From Macrostomum lignano (taxonomy: Eukaryota): a DNA stretch of 27,771 nt. The stretch lies in contig NIVC01005050.1 in assembly GCA_002269645.1 (NCBI GenBank), forward strand, positions 1 to 27,771, given 5' to 3'. Positions 12,237 through 26,940 of this stretch are shown here, piece after piece; the first letter of the stretch is position 1, and every line of letters begins with the position of its first letter. The notes below the pieces were generated by a model that was not told the DNA's origin, did not search any database, and saw only the letters and a list, made by a program, of their open reading frames with translations. Position numbers and translations under genes: made by a program.

Positions 12237-13415
12237 GAATTGCAACCAGCCTACCTGACCAGCTTCGCTTAAATTTTCAGTTTTGAAATACGCATTTTGA
12301 CGCACAATTTTATTCGACAGAAAAAATGCTCAAAACTTGCGACGACGTTTTTTTCTTCAAATGCAGTTTTTTTCGGTTTTGGGTTTGGATTTTTTATTCT
12401 TGTCTACTTGTGGATGTCAAGAAACAAAATAAAGGAAAAAACGACAATATTTTGATTTTTTGCATTATTGGAATCGGCTCTATTCAATGGACTTTGACTT
12501 AACTAAGCAATAACTTTTCTTGTAACAACTATCAAGTCAGGAATCCGAGTACCGACTTAATCTCGACTGGTCCCGACTGGACAAAAGTCTCGTATCGAAC
12601 GTTTTCTAAAAATACGACTCTTCAGATAGTCTGTACATTTATAAAGCAAGCCAGGACGGCAGTAAAGAAGACTCTGGATTGCCCTATGGAATGTATACTT
12701 GAGGATGTCATGATCTGATGCTAATGAATGCCATGATCTGGTGCTTAGGTATGCTTAAGGAAGATAACAGCAATCCCTAAAGTAACTTTTGTAGCTATTA
12801 TAATTTAGTAAACTAAAGACTACCATACCTATATGGTAATAGTAGTCAGAAAATGTCTGCCATTCATATTACATACAATTTTAAGTGTACAACCACAATG
12901 GTCATATCAAGTTAGTCTCATTCATTGTTTAGACACGAGGGCTCAGGTTAAATTTCGAGTCGATTGCGAGCACGTACATTGCTGTGTCTACGAGTAAGAT
13001 AGAGATGGCTGGCCGAAAGAAAATCCACGAACAATAGGTAGTTGCACAGGGAGGGGTATGCAGACTCTGCGATGACGTGTCTCTAATAAGCACGTGCGCC
13101 GGCCGAACTCAAAAAGCCCGAGAGAGAGAGAAAGACGCAAGAGACAGAGCAGAGAGATTTAGTGTGAGGCTTATGCAGAGTACGGAGATACGAATGCAAA
13201 TACTGAAGATTGGCAGTGTGCTGGTTTAGCATAGCATGAGGTAAGTTGGGGGAATAAATCTCCATTTGAAACATTACCAATTGAATCAATAACAGAAATA
13301 TTTGTTAAACTAAACGACCAGGTTACCCAGCCGGTGTAAAGCGTATTTGTTAAAATCGAGAGCTCGTTATCTACTCACTGTGCCAGACTCGATTCTGACT
13401 CGCACAGCTGACCGA

Positions 13416-16118
<2,703 letters not shown>

Positions 16119-16380
16119 TCACGGTGTTACGCGTTGATAATCTAGTTATTATAGGCATGAAATTGTCAAATTAAAACTGTGTTTTGTTATACTCTTATAG
16201 CAATAGAAACATTACATATATAAGTTCTCATCGACTGCAGTGCTTCTGAATAAACAAATAAATTTATAAATGTACCAGCTGTAAATGTGCTGGGCACAAT
16301 TAAGTCTACTGGTAACTCGTGAAACTGATCAGTTTTTTGTCAGGGGTGTCGGGAAAGACCACTTTGATGGGTCAGAGGTG

Positions 16381-16563
16381 CCACTTTATAGTGAGTCATG
16401 GAAGCGCCGCAATGATGAGTCACTGGGAGCGCCACTACAATGAGTCACTGAAAGCCACTATGATGAGTCACTGGAAGCCACTATGATGAGTCACTGGAAA
16501 CCCCTATGATGAGTCACTGGGAGCCACTATTATGAGTCACTGGAAACCACTATGATGAGTCAC
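16381..16563. repeat. 23-bp minisatellite; each of 8 units carries TGAGTCA (AP-1 consensus)
   Basis: TGAGTCA starts at 16392, 16416, 16441, 16464, 16487, 16510, 16533 and 16556. Confidence 0.93.
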
Positions 16564-16911
16564 ACGGCAACACCGTGAAGCCTACACAGCACCATATTCA
16601 CAACTTTAAATTAAAACATGTTAGCTTAATACATACAGAGCATCAAGCCTTCGTGTGGAAACTGAATGCTTCCGGAAATATTTATTTTGAAGAGATAGAG
16701 TTTAAATTCTTATTAAAATGAAGCTCGAGGTAATTAGAATAAGTTTGCGCATCGTTACAAAATGTATAATATAATCGATTGTAGATATGTATTGTTTTAA
16801 AGTATGTGCAGTGAAAAAAATAGATAAATCAAATCAACTACTATTAGTACATATAGAGCGGTTATTATTTAGCTATTGCTGTTGTATTAGGCACTTTACA
16901 TCTATCAGACA

Positions 16912-17023
16912 ATCTCTGTCTGCCAATCTCTATCTGCTAATCTCTAATCTGGCAATCTCTATCTGCCAATCTTTATCTGCCAATCTCTATCCGCCAATCT
17001 TTGTCTGCCAAACTCTATCTGCT
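16912..17023. repeat. Degenerate 14-bp repeat (aatctctatctgcc), about 8 copies
   Basis: Tandem units are visible. Confidence 0.8.
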
Positions 17024-17189
17024 AAACATAATCTGCTTTCTCTTTCCACCTATCAATCACTGTCTATCAATCTCTACACAGTCTGTCTAATTATTTACCT
17101 GACACTATCTTACATATATCTTACATACTTCCAGCTACCCAACTCAAAGGATCTAACGGGCATCTAACCCATCAGTTTGTCTGTCCCTA

Positions 17190-17401
17190 CCTACACGTGC
17201 AGAGTCTAATAGTACATATAGCAGCAACATGAGCGGCGGTCCCAATCAGTGAACATTAAGATTCACTCCCACAGCCACGGTGCCTGTGGCGGCGGCCTAC
17301 ACGTGCAGAGTCTAATAGTACATATAGCAGCAGCATGAGCGGCGGTCCCAATCAGTGAACATTAAGATTCACTCCCACAGCCACGGTGCCTGTGGCGGCG
17401 G
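17190..17401. repeat. 106-bp tandem duplication covering the 3' end of the DUF1330-like gene
   Basis: 17190-17295 and 17296-17401 are identical except for one base. Confidence 0.95.
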
Positions 17402-17987
17402 TCAGCGCGAAATGATGCACCCGGACTCCGTTAGCCTGGCGATATCTCCGCCAAGCCTCAACGTCTGGCCACTGGTTGATGACCAGGTACTTCGGGCTCC
17501 AGCTGCTGCGCAGCCTGTACTGCAGATAGTCCGGACAGGCCACCACATTCCATCGGCCGTCGCTTGGATCGTTCAACTCGGCCAAGTACTCGTTCTCAAA
17601 CGCCGTCTGATCTCGGAAGTCGGACCAATCGTTGATCTCCACAACGGACATTGCTTTGTCGAAGGCGCCTCTAGCCGGGACCAGGAGAATCGCGGCCGAC
17701 CAGAGCCAGTCCTGCTGTCGCACCTCATTAGTGCACTCATACCAATATTTAGCCGCTTCGAAGCTGGGAAAGTACAACAAACCGTAGCCGTATTGTCGAC
17801 GATCCTCGCCTTCGATTAGCTGCACGTCTGGCAGGAAGGCGCAGTCCTGACCGTTGTGACTCCGCTGAATAATCGAAGCAATACGCTTGATGCTGTTGTG
17901 ATAGTTGTAGGCGATGTCTTTGCCGAAGCGGATCACGGCGTAGTAGCCGACATTCTCGGGCTCCTTGAGTCCGTGATAAGATGCCAT
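17352..17987 (-). CDS. Intronless tandem DUF1330-like (dimeric alpha/beta barrel) protein, about 211 aa
   Basis: The first ATG is at 17987 (the track start at 18020 is TTG). VQLIEGE..YGYGLLYFPSFEAAKYWYE matches the DUF1330 pattern leG.w....vi.Fps.eaA.aWy, and a second copy reads WSPKYLVINQWPDVEAWRRY. Confidence 0.75.
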   Translation of the reverse strand: MASYHGLKEPENVGYYAVIRFGKDIAYNYHNSIKRIASIIQRSHNGQDCAFLPDVQLIEGEDRRQYGYGLLYFPSFEAAKYWYECTNEVRQQDWLWSAAILLVPARGAFDKAMSVVEINDWSDFRDQTAFENEYLAELNDPSDGRWNVVACPDYLQYRLRSSWSPKYLVINQWPDVEAWRRYRQANGVRVHHFALTAATGTVAVGVNLNVH

Positions 17988-19930
17988 GCGATTATGCTCG
18001 GGTGTAGAATTTGCTGCCAACGAATTTCAAACTGCCTGCCCCAATGCAGCTGCTCTTTTCCTTGCGATCTCGCATTTTATTCTCAGCTATGCTCTATCTG
18101 CGGAATGTTTTCCTTTCTCATTCTCATTACTCCGTTGCCTAGGGACTAAGGCACGTACGCGGCATTGTACTTGAAGCCACAAGGAATACTAAAATTGAAT
18201 AACGAATCTAGACTCGTCTTTGCAAGAGGCTAGAAAAAAAGCGTTTCAATCCAAGAATGTAGAAACTATATTTAGGCTATAGGACGTCGGTAGGGCGTCG
18301 ATAGAACTAATCATACGACTCGATATGGCCGACTCTGAAGGCGGAACAATTTACAATTTATCGCAAAACGGAAGCTAAAAGAATGTTAAAAAATGGATGA
18401 GAGAACAAGCATTAACTCGTTTTTTACTTTAATTTAATTGCCAATGCATTTCGACCCTTGTAGGTCATCGTCAGGGCAGTAGTGAAATTGAAAATTCTAA
18501 TAAACAGTTGAATAAATATACCTGTGAGAAGTTGAATACACAATATAAATTATTGTACGTAGTTTTCAATCGAAACAAGTTAACACACGGTGCAGTAGCG
18601 TGTGTTAACTTGAATGTTAACCAGAATGTTAAAAAAATTCATCAAATAAGCTGTACAACTTTCTGTGAATTTCAACTGTTCTCAGTTGCCGTCCAATCCA
18701 GACGTCTTTAACTTAAGTCGTCCATGGCCTAGGCAATTCTAAAATAAACTCTCTATAAGCTGAATTGCTTTGCCCATTATATAAAAAAGATGAGGTGCAT
18801 CAGATCAAGTAGAAGAGGTTCTTCAAAGCACAGACTTGCTTCAATTCAGTCTCTATATTTGAATAGAATGTTATGGAGCAGTGTGTCGAGAGTAGCTCTG
18901 AATGAGTTTCTTAGCGACCTGTCCAGTGCCCCCGATGCAGTTCAGACGGAAGACAACTGTGCATTCTTGCGGAAGTCAGCCAAAAAATTAATAAAGATGA
19001 TCAGTGCTAATAATTGGCTATTAGGTATAGGAAGTTTGTATTTACATTGTTTCACACGATCTTGTACTAATCATCTACCAGGTCAACTCTACTCTACCTT
19101 ATGTACCCACTAAAATATAACAAATATTTAATTATTCGCTGAAGGGCTAGTGAGCACCCAGATGATATCGTCCCGCATTTCTAGAGCCAAGCCTGAATGC
19201 GCACTCATACACACAGCTCACGCAGGGTGTACAGCGGCTCTGACTTTCTAATCGTCAGGCATGTACACTCTCCGAGCCTTGGGAGGCAGGCACTCATGAC
19301 TTTTTGTGCACACAAGCGCCAAATGAATGCTGGCCGCTAATGAAATCGAATCAGAGGAGTCGTTTCTCGAGAGTCAGACAATTTCTACTTCAGCAGTCTC
19401 CTACTACAGTATTCAAACTGGTATATGCTCTCAACTCAACTGTTGGTCATTTGGGTTTCCAATTGAGTACTGAATGCGTTAATTAATTCAGCCAGCACAC
19501 TATATACCATCAACCAAATGCGTTTATAATTATGAAGTGGCTACCCGTAGTTCTTTTGAGCATCCAAAAACTTCTCCTTGCAGCTTATGGTCTTTAACTC
19601 ATTGCTGGCAGCACAATAGCGGTATGGGCACAACCATGCTCTACCCATTTAGCTTAATTTCGAGCATCGCTAACTAATGTACAGTGTAGTCGGTTTACTA
19701 TTCTCCGTTCTGAGTCTTCTCATTCTTCTGCCTTATATTTGACTAGAAATAAGTTTGGCTAGGCGTTCCAAGCGACCCTACTAATCAACCGCAGAAGTTT
19801 TAAGCTTAGTGTATTTTATTAGAGTAAACTCAAACAACTTTAATTCACTTGAAATCAAACTAGCGCTGTTCAGTATAGAGAGAATAGATAGAAAAAAAGG
19901 GTCTATTAAGTAGGAAAACACACTGGGCAA

Positions 19931-22900
19931 ATGTCTTCAGATAGTGAGTCATTCACGTCGCATTCTGGCAGCCTTGTTGAGCAGCAGTTGAACTCGGCGC
20001 TTGAAACTGCAGCAGTCAGCTCGCAACCCAGAGTCACTGGTGCTGCTGCAGCGCCGTCTCCCAGCGGCTCTGTTGGGTGAGAGTTCTAGCATTGACATTT
20101 TTGAGCAGCCTAGTCCCATCATCAGGCATGTATACAGACACTTACAAAAAACGTGCAATTTAGTTTTAATTTAACCCACTACTAGCAAACATTATTTTGT
20201 TTGAATAAAGTCCAAATAAAAACAATTTATAGGTTTATGATTTGAAGTTTCGGTATACCTAACGTATCCGGCTCAAAGATAGCTGGTTTTATGGGGATAG
20301 CGGGATTACCTGTTAATAATGCCGAACCTACTCTAGTAGATATTATAGAAAACATATTATTGCATCGCTTGCAGAAATCATCGAATTGTCGAAAACTCCT
20401 CCGAGTCGTCATTTTCTGACGAGGTAGGCGACGGCGAAGGCGGCGGTGTCGAACTAGCAGATCAACTAAACCATAGTTCAGAATCCGGAATGCAACAGCA
20501 GCAACAAGTCGCTCCAGATGATTTCCACGGTAGTGCCGGTAAGAAGAATTTGGTTTAGTTTGTTCTTGTAGACTTAGAACTATCTTAGGGCTTTTACGTT
20601 TACGAAGTAGACTGGTAGTTAAGGATCGAACTGCATGTAACTCGTAGCTTGACTCAGTTCGAGTTATAGGTTTATAATTATTAGACTAACTAAATTTGAC
20701 TGGAGTGATAACTTCACCACTTACAAGCAGCCCGTTGCAGCCAGCTTAAAGTAGCTGGCATTCTCAGGGACCTTGATAGTTCTGTGGCTCTATCAAGAAT
20801 TATATTGCGGTTTCGTAGCTGGCGCCCCGTCTGTAGCTGGCGCCTCCCCTCTGTAGCTGGCGCCTCTCCTCTGCAGCTGGCGCCCCTGCAAAATAATTGT
20901 GTTTCTGCCAGATTAAACTGCCCAAAAGAACAACATGTACTTTTTGTTCATGTGAAAAGCAATCTCACATTTTCAGTTCCTCGCGAGAACGGTCAACTCG
21001 AAGACGACTGGTCAGTCAGTCAGGTTCCTCCTGTGCAGCGGACCTCCAGTCACATGGAATTCAGCGGTCGCGACCTCGAGCTCCGTTCGTTGTCGCGTCA
21101 GCTGTGCAAAAAGTCTGCTCGGCGCGGTTTCGACTTCAAGCTGATGCTAGTCGGCGAGAGCGGCATCGGCAAGACCACCCTGATCGACTCTTTGTTCAAC
21201 GTTGAGAGTACACGAAATCTTGGCAGCCAATACGTCAGAGGCCAGCGCGATGCCACCAGTACAACTAGACTGTGCGAACGGTTCTTCGAGCTGGAAGAAG
21301 GCGGAGTTACGGTTCGGCTGACTGTGATTGACACGCCCGGATTCGCCACCGAGCTGGATAGCAACGGCTGCGTGCAGCCAGTGCTCAGCTACGTGGAACG
21401 CCAGCTGGACGACTTTTACCGAATGGAACAGGGAACTGACAGGTCCAAACTGCAGGACGGACGTGTCCACGCCCTGCTGTATTTGATTAATCCGTCTAGT
21501 CGCGGTTTGAAGCAGTTAGACCTGATGTGCTTGAAAGCGTTGCACAGCAAGGTTAATATTGTTCCGGTCATTGGCAAAGCCGACACTCTGACGACAAGCG
21601 AGAAGGCGAACCTGAAAGCCTGGATTCTGCAGGATCTCAGCCGGCACGGCATCTCGGTGTACACTCTCCCAGAATTTGACGAATGCTTCGGCAACCAAGC
21701 CGATCAACACGGCGACGATGTCTACCTGAGGAATCAGTACGATAGCCTCAGAAGCTGCATGCCGTTGGCTGTTGTTGGCGCCAATCAGCTGGTGAAAAAT
21801 GCCAACGGTCAATGGGCCAGGGTGCGAGAATATCCCTGGGGAGTGGTCGATATTGACAATCCGGAGTTCTCCGATTTTTTGAAACTGCGCGAACTTCTCA
21901 TGTGAGTATATTTGGAGGTTAAGCCGTGGACTCTCCAAAATAGTGCAGTGCGTCAAGTAATTGGGATGATAGAAAGTTTTAGGTCCTTTAAAAATAACTA
22001 TTTTCAGTAGTTCTGAAGTATTGTGAATATCTAAATGACTGAACCTGAAAAAACAAACACCAAGTATACTTGAACATCCATTCAACAGAATGTACATGGA
22101 AGACTTTAAAGACAAGACGCACGAGGTGATCTATGAACAGATTCGGCTCAACAGACTGAGGCAGAGCGACTGGCAAATGTCGAGGTGAGTGCATGGCACC
22201 AACATAAGCAACGCTTGTTACGTAAGTCTTATACAAACCCGTACAATAATACGACGCGTCTAGCTACGTACATGAAATGACGTCGCCATGACAAGTGGGT
22301 AGGCCGACGGATCAAGACATTATGCCGAACATCCGTCCAAGGACTACTGAAGTAGAAGGACGGGGAAACAATATTTCTTGGAAAATCTTTAGGAGGCAGG
22401 TTTTACAACAAGTCGGTATTTGATCATTGCCTGAATCTTATGTAGTCCAGTAATAACATTTGTTTAAGGCCTACAAGAAGCGCAGAGTCCTGCTGGTTTT
22501 TAGTTTGTCAGTAACTTGTAAGGCAGGAGTCGGCAATCTTTTTTTACCCCCAAGGGCCAGATAGGGGAACCTAGAGCATGACTGCGGGCAAGAGGAGGGG
22601 AAAGAGGAAATGGAATAAAGAGGAGAGAAGAGAGATAGGAGAAAAGAGAAGCGAGGAAAATGAGAAGATACGAGAGGAGAGAACAGAGGAGAAGAGAGAA
22701 GAGGGGAGAGGAGAGAAGAGTAGAGATGAGAAGGGATATGAGAAAAGAGAGGAGAGGAGAGAGAAGGAAGAGGAGAGGCGAGAGGAGAAGACAGAGGACA
22801 GATTAGAGAAAATAGAAGAGGTGGTTAAAGAGAGGAGAGCTGAGAAGAGACTCAAACCTTGAGCAGGTCGGATTGGTATTGTGAAGTTTCAAAGGACTCG

Positions 22901-23631
22901 AGGTCCGGATGGAGAGGCTTTGCGGGCTGCATGTGGCCCGCCGGGCCGGAATTTGCGACCCCTTTTGTAAGGAAATGTATAAGAGCTGGGGGCGGGAACT
23001 TTTGGGAAAATCAAGGCAACAGTTCAACCCGAAGCCTACAGTTTGCTGTCCCCTAGCCGTAGATACGGTACGTGAGAACACACGCAAGCACTCACAGAGG
23101 CCTGTAGCCTTGGAATTGTAAGTCGCACGACACGTCTCAAGCCAATATTTGGCGCACAATTATCCCATATTAGCGGATTCGAGTGGAACTGTCTTCTATC
23201 CGCCTCTTTGCGCTGTCTACAGGATGACCAAGACTCTAGCGGAACGCGAGCGTTTACTCCGAGAGAAAGACGAAGAGCTTCGCAGACTACGCGACGCAGT
23301 TGAAGGCCTACAACGGGCCAGCACAGCAGCGACAGCAACAGCAAGTCGTCGAGTCTACCAACAGCAGCGTCGCAGGCAGATCGCTATCACCAGGCCGGTC
23401 CTAGCTCCAGAACACTTGGGTCAAACGGTGCATCGACTCGTCTGGCGTCGAGTAGCTCGGCCGCCTACAGTGGTCAACTGCGCAGTCGTGCTCAAGCTCG
23501 GAGTAGCTATTACAATTAGTTGCCATACCAACCTCATAAGAAACGCACACGTGTATAAGCTACTTTGCTCCATTTGCAATTCGGAAGTCCAGAAAGTGAG
23601 ATTTATTCACTTCAACGTCCTTCAAATTTAG
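19931..23631 (+). CDS. SEPT2-like: Septin, SEPT2 group; exons 19931-20076, 20375-20538, 20977-21901, 22089-22184, 23223-23631 (or stop at 23519 if a frameshift is corrected)
   Basis: Polybasic KKSARRGFDF, P-loop GESGIGKT, DTPGF, GKAD, septin unique element REYPWG..DNPEFSDF, MEDFKDKTHEVIYE, and the SEPT2-group coiled coil LLREKDEELRRL. Intron phases match (2,1,2,2). The two 5' exons and the C-terminal tail are less certain. An alternative in-frame exon 4 acceptor lies 24 nt upstream. Confidence 0.9.
20815..20890. repeat. Short repeat of about 20 bp (tgtagctggcgcc...), about 4 copies, in septin intron 2
   Basis: Tandem units are visible. Confidence 0.8.
22524..22964. mobile_element. hAT (Buster/Charlie-type) non-autonomous element with an internal GA-rich tract, in septin intron 4
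   Basis: Termini are caggagtcggcaa and tttgcgacccctt, resembling CAGGGGTCGGCAA-type hAT TIRs. An 8-bp TSD TTGTAAGG lies at 22516-22523 and 22965-22972, with the central TA typical of Buster TSDs. A purine tract spans about 22588-22850. Confidence 0.85.
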
Positions 23632-26188
23632 TTTCAAATAATTATTACTGGTAGTTGCTATAAGGAAAACCAATTCCGCATGTACAGTGCCAACCAGTGC
23701 TAACCTTTATTTAGTTGAATGTAATGCGGAATGGCTTAAGATCGATCTGTATATAATAAACTTAGATTATGTGGGAATCTTTAAATCATAATTGATTCAT
23801 CTTTCATGCTTTGCTGTGCTCAAATGTAGTAGTGTATTCACATGTGTGCTCAAACTTTCGACTCTGCATATATAACTGTAATTTACGTCACTAATGCGTG
23901 GCCATGAAAAATAGTGCTTTTTAATCCTTATCAAGCGTGCTGTTCTGCCACTAGCGCTTTTTGTTCCTTGTTGGTCGATCTTGAATCTGTGCAGGACATG
24001 ACGACAATCAGTGACGCTATATAAGTAATAAGCTGTGTGACACTTCAGCATTTTTTCGAATGTAGATTATTTCACCTAAAAGCTAAAATCACCTAAAATA
24101 GCTGTGTATTCTTACCGTGCAGTGTAAATTATTTAAATTGCTTGCCAGTTGTACCGGTGTGAGCCGACGCGTTCTCGACGCGCGTCTAATCGATTATGTC
24201 GCTACATGACCATGTACTTTTGCATTACATCGACGGATAACGACGACTATACCCTAAAGCACAACGTGTGTGCTGATGATTAGGAGGAGCAATAGAGAAT
24301 AGTGTGAAAATGTTACGTATTACTTTACACAGTAGCCTATAAAAGCTACATACATTTACATGTATGCATATGTTGATGCGCCTTAAAATAGACACGACTT
24401 TGGCCTGGCCAGTTTTGTAGTAAAAGTAACTAACGTAACATTGTTTATGTAGTGATTATAGCCTTTGCAGCCCGTCCTAAAGCCGCTAAATTCAGTTTGC
24501 ATGAACGCAGGCCTGTAGCCCAGCGCAGCCATAACTGTGTGTTGTGTCGATTAAAAGCGTGTGGACTTGCAATGTATGTTTTGTCGAGAGTCCATAGGCA
24601 ATAATTTTGGTGTTATATGGCTATAAATAAAGATTTTGACACGTACTACGCTATATGTCTTCAATTATGCGTGCAGCAGCTACATGTATGGGGGTCTTTG
24701 CACAGCCGATTCGAATTATCTCCTTGGCAGAAAGGCGTACGTGAGCATAGCCAACGCCAACGTTTGGGCATTGCCTACGCTTACCCCAACCGTCGAAACA
24801 GTAGTAGTCCATGTACGTCTCGGTATTGCAGATTACGATATACCACAAGGTCCCACTAAGTTGCCTAAACGATTTATCCAAATTTCCAGTGCGTAAGTGT
24901 TTCTTGCAGCTTCTCAGCTGCAAGGGCAATGAAAAACTGCTGTAAGAAATCGGCTCTGCACCACAAAGGTCTTTGGACGTGAGAAAATACAGCAGTGAGT
25001 GCAGCAGTTCGTGCACCAGTCGTTCTTTCTTGGTTGAAATGGTTCTACCGGCCGGAACTTAATACAGCTATAGCTGTCAGCTATCTATACACATACCTTA
25101 TACATGATTATATTTTCACATGTTTATTTGCTAGCGCTAAAACTTATTTAAAAAATCTTTAGAATACTGTGTCATAGAGAAATTTACCATATTGTCATAT
25201 TTTAACTTAATAGAAGATTTTTGTTTATTTTAGTATTTTTCTTCGAATTCGTATAATTTCTCTATTTTTAATTTTTAATTTGTTAAGCTTTATACGCAGT
25301 TGGCGCGCACATCGATCAGCCACGTGCATGTGGGCATTACGCCATTACTGACATATAAGAAACGATATTCCGAAGCAATGCGCATTTAGAATTTAGCTAT
25401 AGCAACAATAACTTTATAGTTTAATTTGGCTTGCCTTTACTTTATTTGTAATACTTTTGGTTTAATAGTTCCCCTTGAAACTTAAGAGGTTCAAAGTAAG
25501 ACATAGAACACATAGCCATAGCCCATAGCATACATACATAGGCCTACCGCCTACGCTCTAAGCTTACTTTAGGCCCCCACTTCCTTCCTTCAGTTTCTTC
25601 ATTTGGGCTCTAGTATTATTTCACTAGCTATATTGCAACTTTTATTTTAGGAATCAATAGGCCTATACATTTTTTATATTAGATTAGACCTGTCACCTTT
25701 TTCTTTTGGCATTTCTGTAGGAGTCTCACTCGAGGCCTAGCAGTGGACCATAGGCGTATATCATCATGAAAATTTACCCTCAACAGTTAGTCTTATTAAT
25801 ATTCCCCAACATCAATTCTTAATGTACTTCAATCAAATAATCTTAAATTTCCTAATGATAATGTTGCACAATTTGTTGCACTGCATTTACAAAAACTCAA
25901 TTCAAATCAAGCCCTCCATGTTATCTCGAATTGTAAGTATTTAATATTGTGTTATTTTTATTGATTTGTTATATTCTTATTAATGTTAAATAATGGTGTA
26001 TTGTTCTATTTGGTATGACTATCTGTTGATAAACCAACAAAGTTTATCAAAATAGTGGTTTTTATACTAATAATGCTAATAGATATTGTCATAGTAGGAC
26101 CTAGGAGCCTAGCCATGTTAATTAAAGTTTTTATCATTTTTAGGCTTTTTACATGGCTATTCTAATCCATACCATAGTCAAGAAGGTG

Positions 26189-26898
26189 ACCTATATAACT
26201 TTCGCCAACAGATTTTCAGACAGATCTTCTGACACTTTTTTCCAACACTTAAAATGTTACAAAAAGTGTCAGAAAAAGTGTCGTAACAGCTTTAACTTTC
26301 ACCGACACATTTTCAGACAGATCTTCCAACACAAAATGTCACAAAAAGTGTCGTAACTGTTGACATTCGCTGCACATATTTTCCAACACCTAAATTAATG
26401 CTGCAAAAAGTGTCTGAAAAAGTGTCATATAGTTAAATTAGAGATATTTTCAGTGTTAAATTTACAAAATGGTAGCTATATCTATATACTAAAGACAATA
26501 CTAAATACTAGACAATACATAATACTATGTATATATGTATATCAATTAAAATGATGCGCAACACAATTGAAATGTGCACTACAGGCTGCTGCGTAGTGCA
26601 TACTTAAACAATATGCATGTAAGCTTACATGAAAAGTACAAGCTACATATATATCACCTAGCTCTAAGAACCGACATTTCAAGTGTCGGAAGATGTGTTG
26701 GCAAAATTTAACCATACGACACTTTTTTTAGACACTTTTTGGGACATTTTAAGTGTCGGAAGATTTGTCTGAAAATGTTTTGGTGAAAGTTAAAGCTGTT
26801 ACGACATTTTTTCCAACACTTTTTGCAATATTTTAAGTGTTTGGAAAAAAGTGTCGGAAGATCTGTCTGAAAAATGTGTCAGCAAAAGTTATATAGGT
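26189..26898. mobile_element. Mutator/foldback-like non-autonomous element with long, internally repetitive TIRs
   Basis: The ends are acctatataactt and aagttatataggt. Imperfect inverted arms of about 200 bp are built of gacacttttt/aaaaagtgtc subrepeats. The 9-bp flanks aagaaggtg and aggaaggtg are 8/9 identical (probable TSD). Confidence 0.8.
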
Positions 26899-26940
26899 AG
26901 GAAGGTGGCACAGTGTGCGCCAGAATAATTTTTTGGGACG

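Noticed and set aside
22571-22862. 94-aa Glu/Arg-rich and Ser/Leu-rich ORFs
   Set aside because: Translations of the GA tract inside the intronic hAT element.
24617-25016. Overlapping ORFs of 80-121 aa that might be a transposon relic
   Set aside because: No family motif I can recognise with confidence; needs a translated profile search.
26909-26915. CACAGTG, a Transib/RSS-like terminus
   Set aside because: A 7-mer with no matching opposite end in the window.
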